DNA of 64,000 bases from Rebecca billardiae RCC1528 (taxonomy: Eukaryota; Protista; Haptophyta): positions 806,001 to 870,000 of the forward strand of contig OZ251243.1 in assembly GCA_965240325.2 (NCBI GenBank), given 5' to 3'. Of this stretch, positions 37,742 through 47,978 are shown piece after piece (the stretch's first letter is position 1; each line of letters opens with the position of its first letter). The notes under the pieces are model-generated. The model worked only from the letters and a program-made list of their open reading frames with translations. It did no database searches and was not told where the DNA came from. The position numbers and the translations under genes were made by a program.

Positions 37742-39514
37742 ATGCAGTCCACCCACGGCGAGCAGCGCGGCGACAACGACGAGGACAAGCCGGAGGGCGA
37801 GGGGCTCACGAGCATCGCGGATGTGACGCGCCGTCTCGCAGCCGTCGACTCCTTCCGCCGCCGGGCGCAGCCGGCGGCCATCTCCACGGCGGCGAGCCAG
37901 GTGCGCGATCTGAAGCACTCGCGCGACGAAGTGCAGAGGCTGCTGCAGCATACGCAGAGCCTCGAGACGTCGCTGCACAGCCTGAGCGGGCGCTGGGACG
38001 AGCACGTGGCTGGATGGAGCACGGTGATCGACAAGACCCTCGGCGACGTCTTCCCCGACGAAGAGCACACCGCCCTCGGCACCGAGGTGCAGCGCGAGTT
38101 GATGGGGACGGACCGCGCGGACGCCGTGCGCGCGCGCAACCGGCTGCTCCGCGCGATCGGGCTCGAGCTCACGGCGGGGCGCGACGGCGTCTGCCCGCTC
38201 GAACGGTCCACGCTCAAGCTGTACGACCGCGAGCACCGGCAGTCCGAGACCTTCCGCGCCCAGCTCGCGCGCGCGCTGCAGCCGGAGCCGTCCTTCTTCA
38301 AGCCCCTCGCGGCCGCGCTCGCGCCGTATGCGACAGCCGCTCCGTCGACGGGGGAGCCGGGCGGGCGGCGCGCGTCGCGCGCGCCGCCGATGCTGCGCAC
38401 AGCGTCGGGCCGCACGCTCGACGCCGCGTACCCCCGCCTCCTCGAGCAGAGCTTCGACGACTTTGCGCACACCGCGCCCAAGGTGCCGGCGGCGGGATAC
38501 AACGTGGTCTGCGTCGTCGGCACCGTGCATGCGGAGGTGGTGCGCGCGGCGATGGCGACGCTCGCGAGCGCGACGGGGCTGGGCTCGCGCGTGCTCGAGC
38601 CCGTGGAGCTGCCCCGCGGCCGCGGCCGCCGCTCGACGCCCGGGGCCATCGCCAAGTCGCCGCCAGCCCGCGCAGAGCCCACTGGTCCCTCAGCCGATGA
38701 GGTGCTTGCAGCGCTCCCGCCGGAGGCGCACGCCGCCGGAGGAACGACGCCGGCGCCGGCGGTGCTCTCGCGGCCCTCCTCGCGGAGGAGCAGCACGCGG
38801 GGCGACGAGCCGCCGTACATCACCCTCGTGCTCGTCGGCGCGGGCCGTGGCTCGCCGGGCCCGCGCGCGCGCGCGCGCGGCCCAGTCGCACCGACTGCGG
38901 GCGGCGCGCAGCAGCTGCCGGCACCTCAGCCCCATGGTTCCGAACGCCCAAAGACACCTGAAGGCAGCTGCAGCGGCGGCTATGCGGTGGCCATGCAGGC
39001 GGCGCCGACCACGCCGAAGATCCAAGCCACGGTCGTGCGCGGCCGCACCGTCATCATCACGTGCCCGCGCGACGCCGTCACCGGCCGCGGCGCCGACTCG
39101 CACGCGGCGTCGGCCGAGGCATTGGCGGGCGTCATGCTCGAGTGCATGCGCGCGGTCGCGGCGGTGGGTGGGATCGAGCGCTGCGCGGCGTTCCGCTGCG
39201 CGAACGCGAGCCGCCGCGAGCACACGTGCAGCCAGTACTGCCCGATCTGCCTGCGCAAGCTCCTCTGGGCCGCACCCCTCTCTCCCTCCGAGCACTACCT
39301 CAGGCAGCGCGACGTGTTCTCGCGGCACCACTCCAAATTTGAGCCTGAGCTCCGCTGGCTGGCGCGCAGGGTCGAGTTCCTCGCGGAAGGCGCCGACGGT
39401 GGGTCACCCGGCGCGGCGCGGAGCGGGCGGAGGCACACGGAGCCATCGGCGGCCAAGGACGCGACGATCGCCGCCGCTGGCGCGCCCGAGGCGGACCGCC
39501 GCTTCTCGATCTGA
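37742..39514 (+). CDS. Archaemetzincin (peptidase M54)-like protein with a degenerate zinc-binding motif
   Basis: EQSFDDF, then GGIERCAAFRCANAS......YCPICLRKL and HY...F..E.RWL..R, which resemble the AMZ Cys4 C-terminus. HEXXH is absent. Confidence 0.55.
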   Translation: MQSTHGEQRGDNDEDKPEGEGLTSIADVTRRLAAVDSFRRRAQPAAISTAASQVRDLKHSRDEVQRLLQHTQSLETSLHSLSGRWDEHVAGWSTVIDKTLGDVFPDEEHTALGTEVQRELMGTDRADAVRARNRLLRAIGLELTAGRDGVCPLERSTLKLYDREHRQSETFRAQLARALQPEPSFFKPLAAALAPYATAAPSTGEPGGRRASRAPPMLRTASGRTLDAAYPRLLEQSFDDFAHTAPKVPAAGYNVVCVVGTVHAEVVRAAMATLASATGLGSRVLEPVELPRGRGRRSTPGAIAKSPPARAEPTGPSADEVLAALPPEAHAAGGTTPAPAVLSRPSSRRSSTRGDEPPYITLVLVGAGRGSPGPRARARGPVAPTAGGAQQLPAPQPHGSERPKTPEGSCSGGYAVAMQAAPTTPKIQATVVRGRTVIITCPRDAVTGRGADSHAASAEALAGVMLECMRAVAAVGGIERCAAFRCANASRREHTCSQYCPICLRKLLWAAPLSPSEHYLRQRDVFSRHHSKFEPELRWLARRVEFLAEGADGGSPGAARSGRRHTEPSAAKDATIAAAGAPEADRRFSI

Positions 39515-40166
39515 GCACGGCGAGCCGGCGGCAGCACAGCGCAATCCAGGGCTTCAGCCATGAGCCAGTGGCTGGGTGGGCGGGCGGTTGGTCGTCGTCA
39601 GCCCCCGCCAGACTCCAGAGCGCGGGACAGGGTACGTACTACGTGCTCATGTTATCTCAGAGGCAGTCATCTAGGCATGCAGCACAACCCATAAAACAGC
39701 AAGCAGCACGCGCTCCGTGCTCAAGTCTGAAGTCATCAGACTCGTCAGCTATATATATATATAGAGTATATCGTGAGCAGACTGAGCAGTCAAACTAGTT
39801 AGCTGATCAGCATCATCATCAGACGACATCAATCAGGCGGCGGCGGCGCGACTACTATATTATTATTATTTATATGCTGCTAGCTGACTATACTAAGCAC
39901 GTACGCGCGCCGTTACTCGCCCTCACCGTCACGGTCCGCGGCCGCCGGCCGCGCTGCCGCAAGAGCACGCGGCGTAGTGCGCACCCGCCACGCGCCCTCC
40001 AGGGCGGCGGCCCAGGAGACGTAGCCGCTGCGCCACGAGGCCGCACGAGTTGAGGGACACCAACCCTCCGCCGCTCGGCGCCACTGTGGGAGTTGACCGC
40101 CCTTAGTACCGCCCATGCCCTGGCCACCCTCCGGTGCTGACGCCGCGTGCCACGGGGAGTGGCGGG

Positions 40167-40528
40167 GGAGGACCGGATGTTGATTGCGTCTTGCTGCCGG
40201 TCGGCTGCTCAGGCCTGGAGGCGCGCGGGCGGCGCGGCCCCCGCGGGGGCGCTCGTGACGCTCTGACGGGTTGATACGGCCCGACGCGCCCTCGCCCTCG
40301 CGCCTAGCTGCTCGCTCCTCGCTGTGGGCTGCTCCGCGATGCATGCGCGAGGCCGCGCTGCGGAGAGCCCCCCGGCGCCGGCGGGTCGTCGAGACGCCGG
40401 CGGAGATGGCCGGCGAGCGGCCGGTCGGATGCCGGGCGTTGTGGCTAGCTCTCCGCTTCCTGCCCACCCTGCTCGCCTCGCCGCTCATCGCGCTCATCCG
40501 CGATGACGAGCTGTGCCGACGCGCATGC
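40167..40528 (+). pseudogene. Decayed local duplicate of the 5' end of the ABC1 kinase gene
   Basis: Aligns by eye to 42062-42419 (atgYtgattgcgtcttgc..gacgagctgtgc), with indels and an aga-to-tga change at about 40264. Confidence 0.85.
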
Positions 40529-40672
40529 GAAAGACCATATTCGTACGTGCACGTGGCGAGGCCGAGGTTCAACCGAGTCCGAAGTGCCAACCGCGCGTTG
40601 ACGCTTTGATGACATCAAATATAAGGGGCGGACGGATGACGACGGGAGGAGGCCCCGAGATCGGCCCTATGA

Positions 40673-42019
40673 TCAGTAGGCCGCCCCCCTCTGCTCCTGG
40701 GTGTGCCCTAAGGCCTGCAGCTCGGCGCGCAGCTGGCTGAGCAGCCGCTCGCGCGCGCGCGCGTGCTTGCGCCGGATGTCAGCTCGCTCGTCCAGAGCGC
40801 AGCGCAGCGCGGCCTCTGCCCGGCTGGCCTTCTTCGCCGCCTCGTCCACGAGTTCTTGCGAGACGACCGGGCTGTTGCGCAGAGTGAGGAGCTCCATTTC
40901 GGTGTCCAGCCTCGCGATGCGTGCCTCGCGCGCGCGCTCCTCCGCCGTGTCCATCGCCATGCGCTCCTCCGCCTTCTGCTCGGAGAGCCGGCCGCGCATC
41001 TCGACGAGCGCTTGCACGAGGCGCGCGTCGCGGAGCTCCGGAAGATGGGCGGCAAAGCCGAGCCCCTCGCCGTGCAGCAGCGCCTCGACATGGCCCGAGA
41101 GGCTCGCAGCGCGCACGTCGCGCGCGAGCAGCTCGCACAGCGCGAGCGTCATGCGGCCCGACGCGTCCGGCCCCTCGCCCAGCCTCGCGTGCGCTGCCGC
41201 GGAAAGCACTCCGCGGCCGACTGCGGAGAGGGCGCTCTCGAGGGCCAACGGCTCGTCCTCCTCAGCGCGTCCCGCTCGCGGGCGCTGCTCGCCCGCGGAG
41301 GCCTGCGCCTCGACGATGGACGCCACCGACCCCGCCGCAAGCAAGCCGGCGTCGAGCAGCGCGACCACGCCGTCGCGACCGCCCGCAGCGTGCGCAAGCT
41401 CTGGTACGGTGCGCACAGTGGCGGCGACCTCGCGGACGCGCGCCCGCGCCGCGGCAAGTACTGAGCCGGCGCGCAGCACAGTGCTCCATCCGCCGACGGC
41501 GCTCAGGGCGCAGAGATCAGATAGGCCGAGGCGGGGGCCGAGGCCACCATCCAGCTGCTCTGTCATCAGCTGCGCCAGTGCGTCGGCCGTCCCGGGAGCG
41601 AATTCGAAGATGCCATTCAGCCCGCCCCCGCGCGCCTGCCCACACGCGAAAATGAGTGTTGCCGCGCCGTGTTCCGCCGCCGCCGTCCGGAGGTGGGAGA
41701 GCAGCACGTCCTCGCGCTTGAACAGGAGGAGTGGAGGGTGTCTGCTCAGAACTGCGCGCGGATCTTGGCAGAACTTCTTGCGCAGCTCGGCGAGCTCGGC
41801 TGGTGAGTCGTAGTCCGCTGCGGCGAGGAGGGTGCTTGCGTACACGGCGAGCGCAGCAGGCACGGACAAGGCGATGATGGTGAGCAAGTCCAGCGCCAGG
41901 CAGCGCTGACGCAGGATGAAGACGCCAATCCCAGCGGCGAGTGTGCTCAAGGAGAGCGTGAGCCATTGCGTTGCGCGCCGCCATCGCGCGCGGCGGGCTG
42001 GACTGGTGTGCGCCGCCAT
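40673..42019 (-). CDS. Hypothetical protein with two N-terminal TM segments and a C-terminal coiled coil
   Basis: 448-aa ATG-started ORF with normal protein composition: WLTLSLSTLAAGIGVFIL, LLTIIALSVPAALAVYA, and an E/R/A-rich tail. Confidence 0.7.
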   Translation of the reverse strand: MAAHTSPARRARWRRATQWLTLSLSTLAAGIGVFILRQRCLALDLLTIIALSVPAALAVYASTLLAAADYDSPAELAELRKKFCQDPRAVLSRHPPLLLFKREDVLLSHLRTAAAEHGAATLIFACGQARGGGLNGIFEFAPGTADALAQLMTEQLDGGLGPRLGLSDLCALSAVGGWSTVLRAGSVLAAARARVREVAATVRTVPELAHAAGGRDGVVALLDAGLLAAGSVASIVEAQASAGEQRPRAGRAEEDEPLALESALSAVGRGVLSAAAHARLGEGPDASGRMTLALCELLARDVRAASLSGHVEALLHGEGLGFAAHLPELRDARLVQALVEMRGRLSEQKAEERMAMDTAEERAREARIARLDTEMELLTLRNSPVVSQELVDEAAKKASRAEAALRCALDERADIRRKHARARERLLSQLRAELQALGHTQEQRGAAY

Positions 42020-42072
42020 CTTTGCCGGTCCGGGCTCCGTCCGCAGGCGCGACGGCCGACGGGGAGGACGAT

Positions 42073-43995
42073 ATGCTGATTGCGTCTTGCCGCCGGTCGG
42101 CTGCTCCGGCCTGGAGGCGCGCGGCCCCCGCGGGGGCGCTCGTGACGCTCAGACGGTTTGATACGGCGCGACGCGCCCTCGCCCTCGCGCCTAGCTGCTC
42201 GCTCCTCGCTGTGGCCGCTCCGCGATGCGTGCGCGGGGCCGCGCTGCGGAGCGCCCCCGCCGCGCCACAGCCGCCGGCGGTTGTCGAGACGCCGGCGGAG
42301 ATGGCCGGCGAGAGGCCGGTCGCGCTCGGATGCCGGGCGTTGTGGCTAGCTCTCCTCTTCCTGCCCGCCCTGCTCGCCTCGCCGCTCGCGCTCCTCAGCG
42401 ACGAGCTGTGCGACGCATGGCTGTCGCTGCTCGTGCGCACGCTCGCATGCGCCGGGCCGTGCGCCATCAAGCTTGGGCAGTGGGCGAGCACGCGGCCGGA
42501 CATCTTCCCGCCGCGCGTGTGCCACGCGCTCGCGCAGCTTCACGAGAGCGTGCCGCCGCACCCCGCCGCGCTGACCCGCGCCGCGTGCGAGCGCGCCTTC
42601 GGGCCCGGCACGACCGACTCCCTGTGTGCCGACGGGATCACACTGGGGCCGGTGCTGGGCAGCGGCTGCATCGCGCAGGTGCACGCGGGCGAGCTGGCGG
42701 ACGGCACGCCGGTGGTGATCAAGGTGCTCCACCCCTCCGTCGCCCGCGTGTGCGCGCTCGACCTCGCGCTCCTCCGCGCCGCCGTGCGCGCGTTCGAATC
42801 GCTCACGCGCCGGCTGGACACGCGCTGGCTGGCAGCCGAGCTGGCAGTTGGGCAATTTGAGCTCTTCATGCTGCAGCAGCTCGACCTGCGGCGCGAGGCG
42901 GCGAACCTGGAGCGCTTCGCGCGCAACTTCGAGCACGTCGAGCCCGACGACGCCGTCCGGATCGTCTTCCCGCGCCCGATCCCCGGACTCGTGGCCTCGG
43001 AGGTGCTCGTGGAGACTCGGGTCGGAGGGCAGTCCCTGTCGCGGCTCCTGCTGCAGGGCGCGGCCGAGGCGCGGCGCGCGGGCGCGGGCGGCGGCGGGCG
43101 GCGGCGGGGTGGCGAGGGAGTCGCGCTCGCGCCGGGAGATGAGGCGCGGACGCCCGCCCGCCGCCCCTCGCCCGCCGCAGCCCCCGCCGCCGCGCCGCTC
43201 GGCCCTGCCGACGCGCTCGACGGCGCCGCCGGAGCGGCCGGCGGCGCGGCAGCGCTCACCGACGAGAAGAAGCGTCAGATCGCGCGCGCCGGCCTGCGCG
43301 CGTTCCTGCAGATGATCCTCGTGCACAACTTCGTGCACGCCGACCTGCACCCGGGCAACATCATGTGCGACCTCGACGCCGCCGCCGACGCGCACGAGCG
43401 GCCGCCTGCCGGCTCGGGCGCGCGCGCAGCCGCGACAGCGACGGGCGGCGGTGGCGGCGGCGCGAGGGGTCAGGTGACGCTCGGGTTTGTGGACGCCGGC
43501 CTGACGGTGGAGCTGAGCGCGCGGGACCGGCGCAACTTCATCGCCCTCTTCGAGGCGATCGCGCGCGGCGACGGCATGCGCGCCGGCCTGCTCATGGTCG
43601 ACAACGCGCGCGAGACCGCGTGCGAGCGCCCAGACGTGTTCGCCGCTGAGGTGAGCGAGCTCGTGAGACAGGCGCGCGCCTCGGAGCGAGGCCACTTCAA
43701 CCTGCAGCACGTCGAGCTGGGCGGGCTGCTCTCGCGCGTGCTCACCGCCGTGCGCGAGCACCGCGTGATGATCGAGCCGAACTACACCACGCTGATCGCC
43801 AGCATCGGCGTGCTCGAGGGCCTCGGCCGGCAGCTCGACCCAACCCTCGACATCTTCACCCTCGCGCTGCCCATGCTCGGCCGGCTCGCCATCAGCGAGG
43901 CGTTTGGCGGCGCCGCAGCGCGCCGCAGCCCAGCGCAGCCGAGCCACAACGCTGGCGCGTCGGCGCAGCCCGCGCCGACGCCGTTCAGCAGCTGA
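42073..43995 (+). CDS. ABC1/UbiB/ADCK atypical kinase (ADCK2-like)
   Basis: GPCAIKLGQWASTRPDIF, GSGCIAQVH, VVIKVLHP, QLDLRREAANLERF, NFVHADLHPGNI, VDAGL, LEGLGRQLDP. Confidence 0.92.
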   Translation: MLIASCRRSAAPAWRRAAPAGALVTLRRFDTARRALALAPSCSLLAVAAPRCVRGAALRSAPAAPQPPAVVETPAEMAGERPVALGCRALWLALLFLPALLASPLALLSDELCDAWLSLLVRTLACAGPCAIKLGQWASTRPDIFPPRVCHALAQLHESVPPHPAALTRAACERAFGPGTTDSLCADGITLGPVLGSGCIAQVHAGELADGTPVVIKVLHPSVARVCALDLALLRAAVRAFESLTRRLDTRWLAAELAVGQFELFMLQQLDLRREAANLERFARNFEHVEPDDAVRIVFPRPIPGLVASEVLVETRVGGQSLSRLLLQGAAEARRAGAGGGGRRRGGEGVALAPGDEARTPARRPSPAAAPAAAPLGPADALDGAAGAAGGAAALTDEKKRQIARAGLRAFLQMILVHNFVHADLHPGNIMCDLDAAADAHERPPAGSGARAAATATGGGGGGARGQVTLGFVDAGLTVELSARDRRNFIALFEAIARGDGMRAGLLMVDNARETACERPDVFAAEVSELVRQARASERGHFNLQHVELGGLLSRVLTAVREHRVMIEPNYTTLIASIGVLEGLGRQLDPTLDIFTLALPMLGRLAISEAFGGAAARRSPAQPSHNAGASAQPAPTPFSS

Positions 43996-44313
43996 GTCGG
44001 CGCTGGCGTGGCACCGCGGCACTGCAGCACTCAGCCTGGCGCCGCCGATTCACTTGCAGACTTGCTGCCGCACAGTTGCACAGCGGCGCCGCGCGCCGCG
44101 CGGCCCGCCGGCCCGGTCCCAACCGGTTCGTATTTAAAAAGTAAATAATCGTAACGAGTGGAGAACGGCCCGCGGTTGATTCGGTTGAACGCGAATTAAA
44201 ATAATATGATTGATAATAATAACTAGCTTAGTTATTATTATTATATTTTGAATATAATAATAAATTATTATTACTTTAAAACCGTCCTAAGACTGACCAG
44301 TGTCACAGTCAGT

Positions 44314-44462
44314 AGTGACCGTGTGATCAGCATCGGTTACGACGACTCCCTCACCCGCGGCCAACGCGCTCCAGCGACATCCTCCATTAACTCCATTCAG
44401 TACTTCGACAGACGAATCAGGAGAGCTGCGCCCTCGTGCCTGTGTCTTTAAATCATAGAATT
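44314..44462 (+). repeat. ~149-bp dispersed repeat, copy A (putative mobile-element 3' end)
   Basis: Identical by eye to 46915-47060 except for a 3-bp indel. Both copies end at ...tttaaatcatagaatt. Confidence 0.9.
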
Positions 44463-45604
44463 AGTCAGTGACTCCCGCGGCCCGTGAGTGACCGTTCCCG
44501 GAGGCGGAGTGGCCGGACAGTCCGTTGGCAGCGGATCACCGCGGATGCAGCGCAGGATCGTGATAACAGAGATCGAATAGATCGATATTCGATCGTCGAT
44601 CGGGCTACGACAGTCTGATGACTGATGAGTTACACCGTCGGCCATGGCGCAGCATGACCAGGCCCGCCGCCCGCCCGGGGGCACGGTGACGACTGACGGT
44701 TGGCGCGCGCGCCGCCGGCGCGCGGCGCGCGCCCCGGGGCGCGCGCATCGGACTCGTATATACGACGGACACGGTCACGGTAGCTACGGCTTAAACCGTA
44801 ACGCTAACATCAGTAACATGCAGTAAGCTACTACCGACACGCGACACGCGGTACCGAGTGTAGTCTCACTACTCTCTGACCGGCGCGGACCCGCCGGGGT
44901 GCCTCAGCCGCACCGGCCACTGCTACTCTCCGACCGCGACTCAGTCTCAGAGTTATCTCCGTAGTAAGTAAGTCTCGGTCCGAGACCGCGGAGTGGCGGC
45001 AGCCGAACTGAGTATAACGGAACTTGCCAAGTCACACAGTGTGACCGAGTCATGCGACTCATGCCCACCGCCGTCCGTCAGACGTCCGTCTGCGTCACTG
45101 TCATCTGTTGAGTGAGACGACCGAGCGTCACTGGCACCGTCAGGCACTGGGCCTGGCAGGCCGAGTGCGGGTCCACGCCGTCCACGGGCGCACGGGGTAC
45201 GCACGCGGCACGGGGTGACTGACACCGCTAACACGGCCAGGGCTCAGGCCCTCAGTCAGGCCCGAGGCCGGCGGGCCGTGGCCGCCGCTCGCGGCGGCGT
45301 GTCTGCATAACAAGTCGGTTGACGTCGACTGACTCCGCATCGGCGGTATCCTCGCCTGCCGGCATACCGCTCACTGCCAGGCTCGAGCCAGGCGGTTGCC
45401 CTCCCGCCCCGCCACAACCGCCGCGAACGCCTCAGCCATCGGATGGACAGCTTATGGCACAGCGCCGCTGCTCCATATCGGTATAGCATCGACGGAGCAG
45501 TGCCTTGGGTGTGGTCTGGGCCATTGGGTCAGTCAAACACGCCTGAGGCGCCAGCAGCACGAGCGGGTACTCGCCTGCCCGGTGTGAGCCGTCCGACCAT
45601 GCTA

Positions 45605-45996
45605 CTACAGGTTGTACTCGTGTCGCAACTTCTTCTGCAGCTGATAGATCCCTGTCGCGCCCACAAAGATGTTCACAGTCATGAGGTTGTAGTTCACAGG
45701 CACGATCTGTGTCGCATACCGCGCCCAGATGACGCCGGTGGACGCGAGCGCGGCGGACTGCGGCAGGGAGATGAGCTCCGCTGGTCGGTTGATGTCGGCA
45801 ATGCCCGCGATCACGAGGCCCCACTGCGCGCGCGAGCGGATCAGCGGTGCGCTCGGGGATGAGCCAGGGCGAAAGGGGGGCTGGGGTGGGGGGGCGTGCG
45901 TCCGCGGTGCGTGCACACCTTCATCGCAGGGGCCCAGAAGAAGACGGTCTTCGGGCCCGCCGGATGGTTCATAAACTTCGCGAACGACGACGACAT
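45605..45996 (-). CDS. MPC2: Mitochondrial pyruvate carrier 2
   Basis: Exon 1 (45996-45919) MSSSFAKFMNHPAGPKTVFFWAPAMK. GT-AG intron 45824-45918. Exon 2 WGLVIAGIADINRP..IS..QS.AL..TG.IW.RY...I.P.NYNL..VN.FVG.TG.YQL. Confidence 0.95.
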
Positions 45997-46627
45997 CCCG
46001 CCACTCGTCGGCCCTACGCAGCCGACTACTAGCCGTCGCGGTCGCCGCTTCGCGCCCGCGAGGAGGCACCACCCGGACGCACGGCTGAGAATCCGGAGGC
46101 GAATTCTATCATGCAACCAACTATGCGTCCCACACAACCTGTGGGGCGTGCCGCCCGCGCCGCCTGTGCCGCCCGCGCCGCCCGCCGCTGCGCGCCGCCC
46201 TGCTCCTCAGCCGGCCGACCAACAGGCGGCGGACCCCGCCGGCCCGGAGGCGGAGGAGCCCGAGGGGGAGGGTTCGGACGATGCCATCCCGCCACCCCAG
46301 CCACCAACCGCGGCCGCGCCGTCGGACGGGCCCGAGGTGCAACAGGCCAGGCCGGCGCTCGGGGAGTCCAACTACCGCCTGGTCCTGCCCCCCGGCGCCG
46401 CGGCAGCCGGCAAGCGCGCGGCGACCGAGCCGTCCACGCCGGCGGAGGAGGATGGGCCCTCCTCCGCTGGCGGGAGCGACGCCAAGCCGGCCAAGCAGGC
46501 TCGCACCGCGTCCCTCGGCGACCCCCCCCGTGACCTGGCTGCCGCCGCGCCGCAGTCGCTGGCGTAGAGCCGCGCGCGGCGCTGGCGCGCCAGACGCGCC
46601 CGGTTGGGCAGCGCAGGCACCCTCAGC

Positions 46628-46748
46628 GGCCAGGACGACGACTTCCTCAACGGCAAGGGCGACGACTTCCTCTGCGGCCAGGGCGACGACTTCCTCAACG
46701 GCAAGGACGACGACTTCCTCAACGGCAAGGGCGACTACTCCCTCAACT
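46628..46748 (+). repeat. 24-bp minisatellite, 5 copies
   Basis: ggcMaggRcgacgacttcctcaac-type units. Confidence 0.9.
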
Positions 46749-46914
46749 CGGCAAGGCCACTAGGCCGCGCACACCGGCCCGGGCGACCACATCCACTACC
46801 TGCACTACGGCATCAACTTGAACAGCCTCGGACGACGACGACACGGGCAACTACATGATGACCAAGGCCGACGACGACTGCAAAACAGCGGCATCCCCGG
46901 GCGCCTACTACCTC

Positions 46915-47060
46915 AGTGACCGTGTGATCAGCATCGGTTACGACGACTCCCTCACCCGCGGCCAACGCGCTCCGACATCCTCCATTAACTCCATTCAGTA
47001 CTTCGACAGACGAATCAGGAGAGCTGCGCCCTCGTGCCTGTGTCTTTAAATCATAGAATT
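46915..47060 (+). repeat. ~146-bp dispersed repeat, copy B
   Basis: Matches 44314-44462. Confidence 0.9.
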
Positions 47061-47336
47061 GGTCTATGGACTATGGGTAACTGCCAGTACTAGCTAGTAC
47101 TCAAGTGTGCACGTTAAATCATAGTAAACTGTAGTAGTATGGGGGTAGTTTCCGAGGAAGGCAGAGAGGCTCTCAAAAGGCGAGATGGGCAGGCGCTACT
47201 CACCACTGCCGCCGCCGCGCTGGAGAGTTCTTCAGCGCGTTGCCCAGCATCCAGACTCCAAGCTTGCCGAACCCGCCACCGGCATCTGGAGTGTCCGCTG
47301 GCACAACATCCCCGGGCGCGCGCGTGACGAAGGGCG

Positions 47337-47978
47337 ATGGTGTTCTGCTGCTTCTCCGATCAGCCGCCGAATAACGTCAAGGCACGCGGCGCCTCAGGCG
47401 CTCGCAATGGCGCCCTGCTCGACAAGCAGAACAACCCGAACGAGTTCGCCGTCGGCCTGAAGAATGCGTGCTGCAAGGACCCGTGCTGCTGCTGCGGCAC
47501 GATGATTGGCATGGTGTGCGGCCTGTCCTCGTGCTACTTCCGAAAGAAGGTGCTCGACACGTATGGGAACGGCATTGAGGACTACGTCTGCTGCCAAGGC
47601 TACGTCCCCAAAGTCTGCTGCATCGACTTCCCCAACATGTGCCAGGGGAACGGATGCGCACTGTGCTGCGAGGGCTGCTGCTGCCCCTTCTTCAGTCTCT
47701 CGATCGCGCGGCTGCACCTGATGGACGCGAAGCAGGTGCGCCCCGACCCGATGGACTGGCAGATTATCGCCTTCTCGAACTGCTGCCAGATCCTCAGCTG
47801 CTTCTGCGACATCCTGGCGTGCTTCGTCCCCGAGCTCGAGCAGCTCGCGGAGATCATCGACTGTATCGCCGATGCGATCACTTGCAGCGTCGCCGGCTGC
47901 ATGGGCGCGCAGATCAACTATGAGATCAAGACGGGGGGCGGGGGCGCCGCGCCGCAGCAGATGGATCGCGCTTACTAG
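47337..47978 (+). CDS. PLAC8/cornifelin-like cysteine-rich protein
   Basis: Intronless 213 aa: F..GL...CC.DP.CCC, R.KVL, CCEGCCCPFFSLSIAR, CMGAQ..YEIK. Confidence 0.75.
   Translation: MVFCCFSDQPPNNVKARGASGARNGALLDKQNNPNEFAVGLKNACCKDPCCCCGTMIGMVCGLSSCYFRKKVLDTYGNGIEDYVCCQGYVPKVCCIDFPNMCQGNGCALCCEGCCCPFFSLSIARLHLMDAKQVRPDPMDWQIIAFSNCCQILSCFCDILACFVPELEQLAEIIDCIADAITCSVAGCMGAQINYEIKTGGGGAAPQQMDRAY

Noticed and set aside
44610-44640. Hammerhead ribozyme core (CTGATGA)
   Set aside because: No downstream GAAA or supporting stems are visible.
46604-46858. RTX/hemolysin Ca-binding repeats (GKGDDFLN)
   Set aside because: The period is 8 aa rather than 9, the ORF is short with no ATG start, and it is better explained as a minisatellite.
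44314-47060. LTR retrotransposon or TRIM bounded by the 147-bp repeats
   Set aside because: There are no TG..CA ends, PBS, PPT or TSD, and the interior holds an intron-containing housekeeping gene.
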